Below are positions 36,880-48,184 of a stretch of 64,000 nt of DNA, piece after piece. The position numbers were made by a program, and so were the translations under genes. Positions within the stretch are counted from its first letter, which is position 1; every line of letters begins with the position of its first letter. The notes beneath the pieces were generated by a model that was not told the DNA's origin, made no database searches, and saw only the letters and a list, made by a program, of their open reading frames with translations. The DNA lies in contig RSEE01000077.1 of NCBI GenBank assembly GCA_003971905.1, positions 1 to 64,000 of the forward strand. The letters are read 5' to 3'. This DNA comes from Moniliella sp. 'wahieum'. Its lineage: Eukaryota.

Positions 36880-38432
36880 CATCATTTGCTTTTGAGGACC
36901 TCTTTTGCGATGGGCCCTCTTGTCGATTGCCGCCGGGCACAGAAAGGTCCACACTCCCGGTTCAGGGCCTGGGGACGATTCGCGTCCTCTATGGACGACT
37001 CAGCTCCGAAGATGGCCTTAGAGACCCAGGCTTCTCTCACGACTGGGCCCCGGCCTGTTCCTGCAATCGATCTCGAGAGGAGCTGCGTGATGCTCGCACA
37101 GTTGTCCAACTTTTTGTAGTCAGAGAAACGCCGTGAAACGACCAGTGCTACGAAGTGGAAAAAATGATCTGCGACAGATTGGGGTCCGTACCCATCAGTT
37201 CCGACGGGAGGCCATGTTGAAGGAGAAAAGAGAACCCAGCCATAGGGGCCCTGGAGGTCTTTTGCAGCTTACGCAGTCGATTCGCAAAACGACTACCTCT
37301 ACTGACTGTGGTTCCACGAATGTGCCGAGTTAGTCCTTGCAACTTTGCCCCCCATTCGTCGTCCCTGCTCCAGTACCAGTCCGTACCTCCATCCCAACAA
37401 CTGGTCCAGTCTTTACTACCCTTGTCCAAAACCGCCGGCCTTCGCCGTCCCCCCTTGTTTCCCCGGTCCCAGCCCCCCACACACTATAAGACCCTAAGGT
37501 ACGTATCTCTGTCTCTCCCGTCCTAGCGCCCAGCCCCCCTCCAACTCCTTCCCCTACCCGCCTCCTAACCTGGTGATTGTTCTACTCTTCCTCTGGAACA
37601 GCTTTTGGAGGAGTAGAGATGTCCAAGATCCGTGAGGCCACGGGGTCCAGGGCCCAACCCCCCAAACCCAGCCTTTTGGTTATCTCGTCAGTTTCCGTCA
37701 CTGAGGGACCTTAGCCGGTGTTTCTTGACAAGTTTGGAACGCAGGGCTGCTTGATATGCCGACCACACACGTTTGGAACAGGGCGCCTACCTTCACGAGT
37801 CCCATCTGATGTACTTATACGGGCATCCACCCAACCCTCAGCACGGTGGTATCTCACCCCAAATCGGAAGGATAGACAGAACAGGTCAACCAGGTTCTCT
37901 AGCCCGCTCCCCAATCCCGTGTATTCCGAATATGGTGCAGTTCCCCACAAGTCCAGGAAGTCCTTGACTCTCCCACCAGGGATTGTGGCGAACGTCTTGG
38001 GTACTACGTCCATTTCAAGACCTACAATGCATCCACCACAGCGGGAAAATGCCGACCTGTCCCATAAGCCCGAATTTTTCAGGTTCCTTGCCATGCTCTC
38101 TATACCCCGGAAAGGCTAGTTTCCCACGCACGTTACATTGCCCTTCCGACTCGCCTTCACCAACGCCTAGGAGGTGGCGGTCTGAAAGAGAGCAATGCAA
38201 CCGAGACTGCTTGCATTGAATACGCTCTCGCTCCAATTTCCAAATGTGCATTCCACGCATCTTTCTCGGACCCTCCCTTTGCTTTTATCCTTGTTCCCTG
38301 TCCGATACCTCTTGTTGTTTCTCTCCCACGAACGATCTTTTGTCATTCTCCCCGTGTCTGACAGTGGGTCTTTGGCTGGTCTCCATCGCTTGCGACTACG
38401 TAGGGGGAAGGGGGGGGGGATAGTGGTAGCAT
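36880..38432 (-). CDS. Hypothetical orphan gene (fragmented)
   Basis: TATATA at ~38492-38498, ATG 38432 (MLPLSPPP...), chain of overlapping minus-strand ORFs; no recognisable domain; end unknown. Confidence 0.25.
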
Positions 38433-39345
38433 GGATCAATGAGATCAATGGGATGATGGTGTGGAAGTTTGATATGTGCTGTGGTGGTAGATATATAGAG
38501 AGAAGGCCTCTCCTCACCCCCGTCTTTCATTCATGTGCCAAGCAGACTATTATTACGCGTACGTGTTAGGGGTGCACTCTCAACTTTATTGAGTACCACA
38601 AAAAACTGTGGTTGGTTTCCCGACTCCGTGGCCTGATGCCAGCACACTGCACCTGTGGGGCCCCAACAGTCATTAATAGATGTGTGGCTGCAGGGCGAAA
38701 CTAAATTTTTGGTTATGAGGGTCGTCTCCTTTCTCTTATTGACCTCGGGCCTCTCATCTCCTGGGCGGAGAGCTGTGGTTTGGACGATGTGGATGTATAT
38801 GCAGTACGGGTGGAGCGGCACTCGAGCCATCAAAGAGGGAACACATCATCGATCATCATGCATCATCGCAACAAAACGGGCGTGGTAGAGGGCTGCTACG
38901 CGCCACGCGCGATATGTTCATGATGCCAGCCAATCAGCCGCCTCAGCGCTTGTCTCCCAGACCACTTTCATCGTAGCGGTCAAAAGCCAGCCCCCCGACG
39001 GCCACAACCTCGGCCAGGACGCCAGCTGTGCACACCACACGCCATTGAATGTTGCTCGATGAGTCTAGGCCTCATCGCCCAGGCTGAGCTCCCAGCCAAC
39101 AATAACACACTGTCCCAGTGCCGATACGCCGACTAGGGTCTAGTCACGCGCCTCGCCATTTTACAGAGGAGGGCTCAAGTATAGTTGCCAGGGGAGGCGT
39201 GCACCACTTGATTTTTATTTTCTCGCGTGCCTCTCTTCTATATATATCCCCCCAAGCCCTGCTGACTGCGCTCAATTACGAGCGCGCATCTCAGCCAAGT
39301 CCCTCCCATCTGCACCCGCCTTCCATTGCGCTCCAGGTGCTGGCC

Positions 39346-39810
39346 ATGTCTCCGTTGCGTCCCATATCCAGCCTTGGGCTCCGAAGCGCGCTGCCCCTGG
39401 CCCGGAAAACCGTAACAGCGCCCTTCCTTCTTCGGGTGCGTTGGCTGCCAACCGACCATGAGCTAGCTAGCAATAATGACTGGCTCGTCAGTAGGCGGCA
39501 TGCCCCCCGCACTCTTTCGCAAAGTGCTACCGCCTGCTATCGGTCTTGCCTGCCCCGGTTGCGCTTTGTTGCCCCTCCCAATCCAGTACAGGAAGAGCAC
39601 ACGCACATCGCGCCTTCGCTCGACGGAGAGATGCTGCCCTTTGACGGTGCTGTCCTGCCGCCACTCACCCCACACTCAACTAACTCGCTGCCCGCCCCCA
39701 ACCGAACTATCCGTTTGAACCATGCCATGCCATTTTCTCAACTGCTCAAACAATCAGGCAAATCCCATTAGGACTGAAGGTGGAGATCACAGAGGCCACA
39801 ACCGTCATGC
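39346..39810 (+). CDS. Possible small protein with a mitochondrial presequence
   Basis: TATATATA at ~39239; MSPLRPISSLGLRSALPLARKTVTAPFLLR (R/S/L-rich, no acidic residues) followed by a GTGCGT donor; later exons unresolved. Confidence 0.35.
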
Positions 39811-40099
39811 ACGCAGACACGCGGTTGTCCGCACCCCTCCTCCTTCCCTCCAGTCCCATTCCCCATTACATCTTCACGACATGTCTCCGTCCCAAGCACT
39901 CCACGAACCTCTCTCTCTTTGACTGTTCACTACTTCAATCCCAAGTCTTATGCTCATCGTTTTGGGCGAGAGTGCAAAGGGCTTTTTGTGTATACCCGAA
40001 AGGAACTTTTGGAGGAAATGTTTTCATATCAATGAACTGATCTTCTATTCCCAAGCAAACCATTTATACCTTGTTTTCCTTTTGTACTTTTGCTCGTCA

Positions 40100-41572
40100 G
40101 GATAGAGTTGCCAGACTTTCTATAGAATAGACGCACTCCTGAGCGTCATGACGACGTTCGGGTACTATAATATGCGACTAACAGACGGCCAGCAATAAGG
40201 TGTTTGACCACTTTGGAAGGAAGTGATCGAAGAGCCTCATTGGCGATGGTTCGTCGCCCATATATGTCTACTATATGATCATTTGCATCCACTCGCGCTA
40301 CATCCGTCGGTTTAGAAGCGAATGTTGGGGGTCCATGGCCCTAAGCCGTTTCCGACCCAACTGGCCTCTTGATTGGATTGGCAGAGACGAGCAGACAGCA
40401 CACGAAGCACGAGCGATATGGAGAAGTGAGGGGGTGGACCTCTCAATACCAACAACCCGTCCTGGAAAATGCATCGGATTAAGAGACTCCGGGTCGCACC
40501 ACTCATACAGACAGGTTTGGTATAAGCGTCTCTCAGAACAATAAAACATTGTCGATAGGGACACATACAGATAATCCCGCGCGCCCTCTGGTTCGCAACC
40601 TCATCCGTCACACTGATCATCTCTCACCGCCCATGGCCCGAAACAAATCGAAGCCTGTGTGGTATCGTGAAAGTGGTTTACAGCGCACTATGAGTTATAT
40701 ACGCGTTACTACCGGCCATGGCCCTTTTCGCATCACCCCAACCTTATGGTCGATCCGCCCCTCATCACTTTCACATCGTATTGGTTGGTTGTATCGGGAG
40801 GGGTTCTATAGCACCGCATCCACAAAAATCCATATAACATAGTAATGTTGAACAGGCTTCACTACGTATATCGTGTGGAGAACATGTTCTTCCATTTTCG
40901 ACAGCAAGCCATATGTCTTTTGGCTTGAATGTGTGAATGCATACATGGGACAGATGGGTGCTGGACCAAAACAGGAAAGAGACATGATCAAGCACAATGT
41001 GTCCCAGTGTGTTGGTGGTTCAGCTTGAAATGGGAGAAAAGGTTCCAACCATGAAAGGCTCCTCTCTCAGTGCTTTTCATTCTGGGCCTGTGCACTCGGT
41101 TCCTGTGCCAAAGTGTGAGGATCAGCATCGGAATGCTGGGCTTTGGAAACAGCCTCTGATTCCGTGGTAACAGAGTCCTCATAATCACCACCGAGGGAAG
41201 AGTCACTTCCGTAATGGTCCTCGGTTGCGTTCTTGACGGTGTCCCGAGCCAAATCATGCGGGTCACGCTCCTTGTGATACAGCTCGGCGTGCACCGATTG
41301 TTCCGAGTCAGTAGGGGCGCCTAGACCCAACTGGCGACTCGCCTGAAAATTTATAAGCGTGGAGGGTTAGAACACCTTGATACAAAGGCGATATATGACA
41401 GCAAAGAGGCCACTGACTATAATCTTGGGGTGGCGTATAGACTAGGTCAAACGTACATGAAATGAAGAAGCTTGGGGAAATCGAGTGTGGAGAACCCGGC
41501 CGGGTTTTGGATGGGGGCGGCACCAGCGCGAACCAATCGGTGAAAGCAGGAGAAAATGAGAGCCTTCTGCAT
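40100..41572 (-). CDS. Candidate secreted orphan protein
   Basis: TATATAAAA about 100 bp upstream; ATG CAG AAG GCT CTC ATT then a hydrophobic stretch; intron 41456-41343 (GTACGT, CTAAC, TTTCAG) splices into acidic ORF 41067-41330; 3' extent uncertain. Confidence 0.4.
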
Positions 41573-43734
41573 GTTGCGCAAACGTGAAAGAGGAAATGAG
41601 TGTTGGTCGCGTCACTGAGAGCGGAAGAGGCAATGGATAAAAGATCGAAGAGTGCTGGGGGCCTGACTGGCTTTTATATATCTATTTACCATCTGCATAT
41701 GCTCATACCATCCAACACTGACATTAGGCAGCAAAATGTATTGGATAGAGGGTTCTATGTCCGGGGAGGCCCGGCTATTACCCGTGGGCCCCAACATCCT
41801 CGCAGGTATTATGCGCACGTTGCACGTCCCTCAGCGTGTGTCGTTATATGCCACGGCAGCCCTCTGTCAACCTTCCATATTATACAAGTTTCTCTTAGAG
41901 TATTGCTGTAGGGATATGATATCATGCGAGACGGACCAATCTCTCGGATTTTTCGAGTGTATCCGACGCGGTGACGGTCAGACCTATGTCAGCGGTTCGT
42001 GGGGCAACGCCACCGTCACCTGCGGACCTGATGACGTGGGCAAGAGGGTCAGATCTTCTATGGGCATTGTCGTATACCTCGCAGACCACTACGGTTGTCT
42101 TTTTGCTCCTCTTAGAGCTCTACTATTTTTCGCGACTAAGGATACCACTGAGACGTTTGACGTTTTGATGAATCAGGCACCTATGCCGCCTTTATACTGG
42201 GGGGGGAAGGAAAGTTCTAGGATCTCGAAGATGATTGATGGACGATGATCGATTATTGCAGCTCCATTGACCGATGAAGCTTGAGAAGAGAGGATCGGGC
42301 GCGCGGCCTAAAGATATGCTTCTCGCGTTAATGATTCGTGACGATCGGCCATGATGAATCAGGTCTCCGATCTCAAAGCCATACGTTTCTATTAGATTAC
42401 TGTTTGGTTATCGATTATCCCGGGCGGGCGGTTTGGCAGTAGAAGTGTACTAACTCTCTTATATGCCGGTCATATGAGGAGCGTGACGAAGTAGCTCTCA
42501 GAGGGGGAAGTGCATAACATGCAGTGTTGTGGACGCTGCGGTCCACCAGGCGTGCGTAATGTGGCGGTGCTTGTGGGGCTCTCGTGACACTCGACGATGA
42601 AGAACTGGTCATCCTTTAGTACGGGATCGGGTTGAGTCAGTGAATACAACAATTAACCGCACAGTTCGAAGAAGAGGAAATTTCTCGGGCCGCGTGGCTC
42701 AGTGACTATATGGTCGCGAAAGGGGCACAAAATGGCAACACATTCGGCCTACTGGGCCACAGCATCCAGCACAGTTGGCCAAAGCCTATCTTCAACGAAG
42801 GAGGCGAACGGCTGTCCCGGTAGCGAGAAGGGCGTCGATGAGCGGGAGGGTTGGGAGCTATATGGCGAGCAAGTGCCAAGTCTGTTGCACCGTGCAACAA
42901 CAAGGCAGCAGCACCTCTTGCGTCTTTCGCATTACGCTTCGCCGTCACGTGTCACTCGACATGCGCCACATGCCACGTGTCACATGCCACTCGAGCACCT
43001 GGCTCACAGCCGCAAGGCGGAAGTTAGAAGTAATAATTCCGATGCCACTTTCATTGGCAAGGAAAACTTCACACGCGCCGGGGCAAGGAGGAGAAAAAGC
43101 GCCACCACGATGTGAGCCGGCCTTGGATTGATACACCTTTCCGGTAATGCCTAGCGCCTGAGGCGCAGGCTGAAGCTGCGCTGAAGCTTGGAGGTAACCC
43201 TACCAGCTAGGCCGGCTAAGCGGCCACGGCCGCGAGCGATATTAGCCGCCTAACTAAGAGTCGCCCATCAAGCAAATGTTTCTTGAGGGCAGAATCGTAT
43301 CCACGGTAGTAGTCTTACATTAAACGGGGCCAACAGATTGTCTGTCAAGAGATAGTAGGCTGGCACGTATCGGTCTGACTCCCAGGTCTCGAGCCCTCAG
43401 TGCAGAGTACAGATGCAGCGGAGCTCACGTTATGTAGCAGATCAGAAAGCCTACCGACATTGACGCTGCAAGCTCGACATTCTACTGTTGTTCCAAGCTC
43501 GGCCCACACCCAAGCAGTGTTGCAGAAATGGCAAAGGCGCCAATTTTGAACAGGCCAAAACCATGAACACGAACATGCTCAATTCCCTGTTGTGGCCAGA
43601 GAGGAAGGGACTCCACCATGCACAGGAAGAGGTAGAGGTGAATCAGAGCCCCAAGGGGCCTAACATCACTCTACCCTACCACTCAAGACAAAGGGAGGGT
43701 GTACCACCGCTGAAATGGGTAGGAAAAAGCCTGC

Positions 43735-44053
43735 TTACATCTTACGGCGGAAGGAGCAGCCCTCAGTCAGACGAGCCTTGCCACCGGTAGGGGTAGCCAG
43801 GACCTGGGAGCAGGAGCCGCAAACAACAACCGTCTGCGCGTGGGAGAAGACGGTGGTGAGGGCAAAGCATCCGGGGCACTTGATGTCCTGGAAGTACGAG
43901 CGGGCTGCTGGACGAGCAGTTTCAGCTTGTGGGTACGGGCTTGCTGCTCGGCGCTGGGGTTGAGGAGGTCGACGGCCAGAGTCTGGGGGGAGACGGGACG
44001 TCAGTTAGGACGGGCTGTTCCGAGGCGCATGAGGAGAGAGCAGGACATACCAT
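43735..44053 (-). CDS. RPS27: 40S ribosomal protein S27 (eS27)
   Basis: ATG|intron 44050-43983|[10 protein letters not shown]...HKLK...DIKCPGC...VVCGSC...[18 protein letters not shown]. Missed by the ORF track because of the intron and indels. Confidence 0.96.
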
Positions 44054-44141
44054 CTTGGGCAGCTAGGCGAGAGTGTGCGTGGTGGGGGACGATGCGGGCG
44101 GCTTGGCAGGATGGGTCTGACGAGGGCGATTGGATGCATAG

Positions 44142-44279
44142 CTAGGGTTGCTGTAACCCGCCTGGGAGGGCTGCGTACAGCACGCCATAATTCAGTTCAG
44201 CAGTAGACCAGTGTACTGTCCTATTTATTACGCCACTCTCACTCGGAGCACCTGCGATGCCGCAGTGGCATAACCCTAG
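44142..44279. promoter_or_regulatory. Bidirectional RP promoter with inverted AACCCTAG motifs
   Basis: CTAGGGTT 44142-44149 and AACCCTAG 44272-44279, each about 90 bp upstream of its own ATG. Confidence 0.6.
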
Positions 44280-44369
44280 TCGTGTGCCTCGCGCTTCATT
44301 TGCCCACCAGAGTGAACGCTCCCGAAAGCGTTTCCCGACACCTCTCCACACCAGCAAGAGATTTCACCA

Positions 44370-44963
44370 ATGGCTGGCAGTAACCTCCGGATCCAAAAGC
44401 GCCTCGCCGCCAGCGTGCTTGGCGTGGGCAAGCGCAAGGTTTGGCTCGACCCTGCTGAGCAGAGCGAGATTGCCAACGCCAACAGCCGTGCCAACATCCG
44501 CAAGCTTGTTGCCGAGGGCCAGATCCTCAAGCAGCCTGATGTGGGCCAGTCCAAGGGCCGTGCCCGTGCTCTGCACGCTGCCAAGCGTCTTGGTCGCCAC
44601 ACCGGCCACGGTAAGCGCTTCGGTACGGCCGAGGCCCGCATGCCCACTAAGATCCTCTGGATGCGGCGCCAGCGTGTCCTCCGCCGCTTGCTGCGCAAGT
44701 ATCGTGAGGCTGGCAAGATCGACAAGCACCTCTACCACGAACTCTACCTCAAGAGCAAGGGTAACGTGTTCAAGAACAAGCGTGTCCTGATCGAGCACAT
44801 CCACAAGGCCAAGGCCGAGAAGGCCCGCTCTAAGCACCTTGCTGACCAGATGGAGGCCCGTCGTGCCCGCAACAAGGCCATGCGCGAGCGGAGGGCGCAG
44901 CGCATTGCTGAGAAGCGTGCTGCGGTCATCGCTGTGGAGCAAGAGGAGGAGAGCAAGAACTAA
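44370..44963 (+). CDS. RPL19: 60S ribosomal protein L19 (eL19), intronless CDS
   Basis: [45 protein letters not shown]. Confidence 0.98.
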   Translation: MAGSNLRIQKRLAASVLGVGKRKVWLDPAEQSEIANANSRANIRKLVAEGQILKQPDVGQSKGRARALHAAKRLGRHTGHGKRFGTAEARMPTKILWMRRQRVLRRLLRKYREAGKIDKHLYHELYLKSKGNVFKNKRVLIEHIHKAKAEKARSKHLADQMEARRARNKAMRERRAQRIAEKRAAVIAVEQEEESKN

Positions 44964-46391
44964 TTTTCTCTCCAATCTTCGTGTCGCCTTTTGCTGGATA
45001 CGGCAGCCTCCGCAACTAAGGCGACGGTCGAGTTTTTGCTTTGCCGTTTTCGTCATAGTCTGCTTTGCTACTTTGTCTGGCAGCTTTTGGCGTTTCTATG
45101 CCCCATGCCTACCTTTCTCGGGGGTTATATCGCGCCATGCGTGGATCGCTCCACGCATAAGCAGTAACTCTCAAAAAGCCTGGTCTTTTCTCTATGAACC
45201 CAGGGTGGAATGCCATCACTCCAAGCCTTGCATTGTTTCGCAGGTAGTATATACATGCTTTACACGACGCAGGACATCGGCACACTCGAATAGGGCCAAC
45301 GTAGTGCATTGTTGTGTTTGCAGTGCCCCAGTAGTTGCCAAACAGCATGTGTCAGTTCAGGAATACAGTTTGTACTTGCAATGACCATCTGTCAACAGTC
45401 CATATTGAAGTCTTGTGCGACTGACTTTTGTTTAGCTCTTGCCAAGCTTGAACCAATCGCTCTGGTACCAACCTGACTGGGTCTGAGATGGTCAATTCAG
45501 CCTCCACGGCAGCTTGGCGTCGCAGGGCGCACAGATTTGCGTGAACCGCTATAGCCTGGACCCACGTTAACTTTGAGAGTTTCGTATATATGCTCAGCGT
45601 GCCTATACGTTTAGTGTGAGCGTCTGCCTGCTCGGCTTCGAGACTGCAGCGGCATGAGCGGCATTATGGACTTTGGCCTCGGCTTGCACTTCCGACCACT
45701 GATAACACGGTCGAGCTCTAGTACACCAGCTGTGTCGGGTCATCTGCATGGGTTCCACGCCCTTTTCAGTTCCTGATGAGGAGATGAGGTTGAGAATGTA
45801 AGCCGTATGGGGACGATGAGAACGAAGTCAGCGAAGCAACACTGGGAACAATGTACTTGGAGCACGGGGGATTCTTTGCGGGTGCCGCGAAGTCATATTA
45901 ATACCGACTGTACTACGCGGCTCAGCTGTTCATTGCGCATCGGTTCATGGTATGTGCCATGGCGGTTGTATTATGCAAAACGTGGGTAGACCAGAAGTGA
46001 GAGTCGTCCAGTGTTGATCAACGAGATCACCAGCACACAGCTCCCAGCACTTTGTGTGCTCCTAAATTGTCGGTCGGGTCCGAAAGGGCCGGCATGAAAC
46101 TGCCTAGCGGGCTTTGCCAGAAGCGGCCTGACGCCAGAGAAGGGTGACAATCCCAAGAGAGTTTAAAACGGTCCAGGTCCCCACTTGAGCTGTGACAGTT
46201 GTCAACTGGTGGACGCACCAACGGTGTTGCTGCCTCTGGGAGGGCAAATGGGTAGAAAGTGGGATGCGACTGGAGGAGGCCGGTGACCGGTGATGCATGC
46301 ATGATGGAGAGGACGGGACCAAGTACGTCTGTCTAGAAGAGCTCAATAAACGTTAAACCGAGATTTGAACAAATGCAACCTGGGGCGTCTC

Positions 46392-46440
46392 ACGCGTGGT
46401 CGTCACCGAATCCGCGTCGCGCTTGCCTACGCGCACGCGT
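46392..46440. promoter_or_regulatory. MCB-like ACGCGT sites upstream of dUTPase
   Basis: ACGCGT at 46392-46397 and 46435-46440, plus CGCG variants between them. Confidence 0.5.
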
Positions 46441-46565
46441 TCTCCTGGCGTCTATGCGATTCTTGTTCGCGTACAGGGCAAAGAGAGAAAAAGGGACAGT
46501 GCGTGGTGTGGTTGTGCTTGCTTCCGTACCCCCACCACCATCCACTCGTCCCAGCGTTAGTGACA

Positions 46566-47232
46566 ATGCCAATCACTACGACTACTACTTCGCCCACCAA
46601 GCGGGCTGCCGAAACCAGCGAAGAGGCTCCCCAGAAGGTGGTGAGAGTGGATGAGCCAGTGGGTACACTGCAGGTGCAGCTCGACCCTGCTCACCCCAAC
46701 GCCAAGCTGCCAACCGGGGCAGCGCCCTGGCCGCCGGGCTGGACCTATACGCATCGGACAAGGCGGTCATCGCCCCCTGGTCTCGTGCTGTTGTGCAGAC
46801 GGGCATTCGCATCGCCATTCCGCCGGGGTGCTACGGCCGTGTGGCTCCGCGCTCGGGTCTTGCCGTCAAGCACGGGATCGACAGGGTGCCGGCGTTGTTG
46901 ACGCTGACTACGCGGATTGTTGGTGTTGTGCTATTTAACCTGAGCCCCGATGCGTTTGAGAGTAAGTTATGGGCTCCATTCTTTGTCTTGCTCACACTCT
47001 GACCCCTCGCCTCGCTCTCACAGTCAATGTCGGGGACCGCATCGCCCAGCTCGTTTTGGAGCGTATCCACTTGGCCGAGGTCACGCAAGTCGAAGTAAGT
47101 CACGCAATCGTGGATGCTCAGCACAAGTACGTTCTAGCTGACTTTTTCTTTCTGTATCCTTTGCAGTCTCTCGACGAGACAGCCCGCGGTGCGGGTGGGT
47201 TTGGTTCCACAGGCGGCTTCAACGGAAAGTAA
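46566..47232 (+). CDS. DUT1: dUTP pyrophosphatase
   Basis: AAGLDLY, GRVAPRSGLA, GAGVVDADY, GDRIAQL, RGAGGFGSTG; introns ~46962-47023 and ~47095-47166. Confidence 0.95.
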
Positions 47233-48184
47233 ACATATGTCTACATGAAGGGGGAAACTCTTTGCGCTTGACCGATTGCGTTTAACGATCTCTCCCCAAT
47301 TGGACAAATACGTCCGACTCGGACGATATTCCCAGCTTGACACCGGATCAGTAGTTCAAAGGACGATTCCGACCGGGCGTCATAACAACAGATATAGCCT
47401 GCAACTGTCTTGGCCCCCTTTCCTGTGGCCAAAACATAGTTGCCAGGAAGCCGCGGGGGGGGGGGGGGGGGGGTCGGGAGTGAGCTACGATACCCAATGC
47501 GGACTGGGGTGCCAGTCAAATACGGATCAGATCGTATGTCCACTCTGCAACCCGGCTAGGGGGACGACAACTGGTCGATCGAAAGATATCCAGTGCCAGT
47601 TGGATTGGTATATACAGCGAATTGTACTAAGACCGGTGTTTCTCCTTCAACCCAGTCTATTGCTTACCCGAAATGTTGTCCTAGATTTCTCCCATGTTCA
47701 TCCATTGCGGTCTCACCCTAAGCCCAATGGCTCAGGCGTCGCTACAGACATAGCAGCATAATGGTGGTGGTGGGGGGGGGGGGGGGGGTAGCGTCAGCTC
47801 GTTCTTGATCGACGCAAGAGATCTAAATTTGCGGTGCCGGCACTCCTATAGTCATTTCTAACTGTGTACAGTAGCGCAACAAGACGTGGTTCCGGCGATC
47901 GACCGGTTGGCAGCCTGAAGGCGCAAAGGGAGGCAGGCGGGCTGGCATCCCTCTGCATCCGCACGACGGCAGCCGGGCTACTGCTGCCGTAATTGATAAT
48001 TGAACTGTGCCGCCTCGCCGTGCTGATCTAGATTAACGCCGGATTGAGCGCTTAATCCCAATCCCCGATCCTTGCCGAATTCGTTCAGCGCACAACCATC
48101 AGCTGCTGCGGACATTGAGCTGCACTGCTCTTACCGCTCATCGCCCTCCCCGCCTTTCCCTGCTCCGTGTGCTGGCCACCCATC

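Noticed and set aside
41736..42248. 170-aa plus-strand ORF
   Set aside because: Non-ATG start in the track, no motif, and it overlaps the upstream region of the minus-strand candidate gene.
44142..44279. Telomere remnant
   Set aside because: Only two isolated motifs, positioned like promoter elements rather than a tandem array.
44364..45056. 230-aa antisense ORF over RPL19
   Set aside because: Shadow of strong codon bias in a highly expressed gene.
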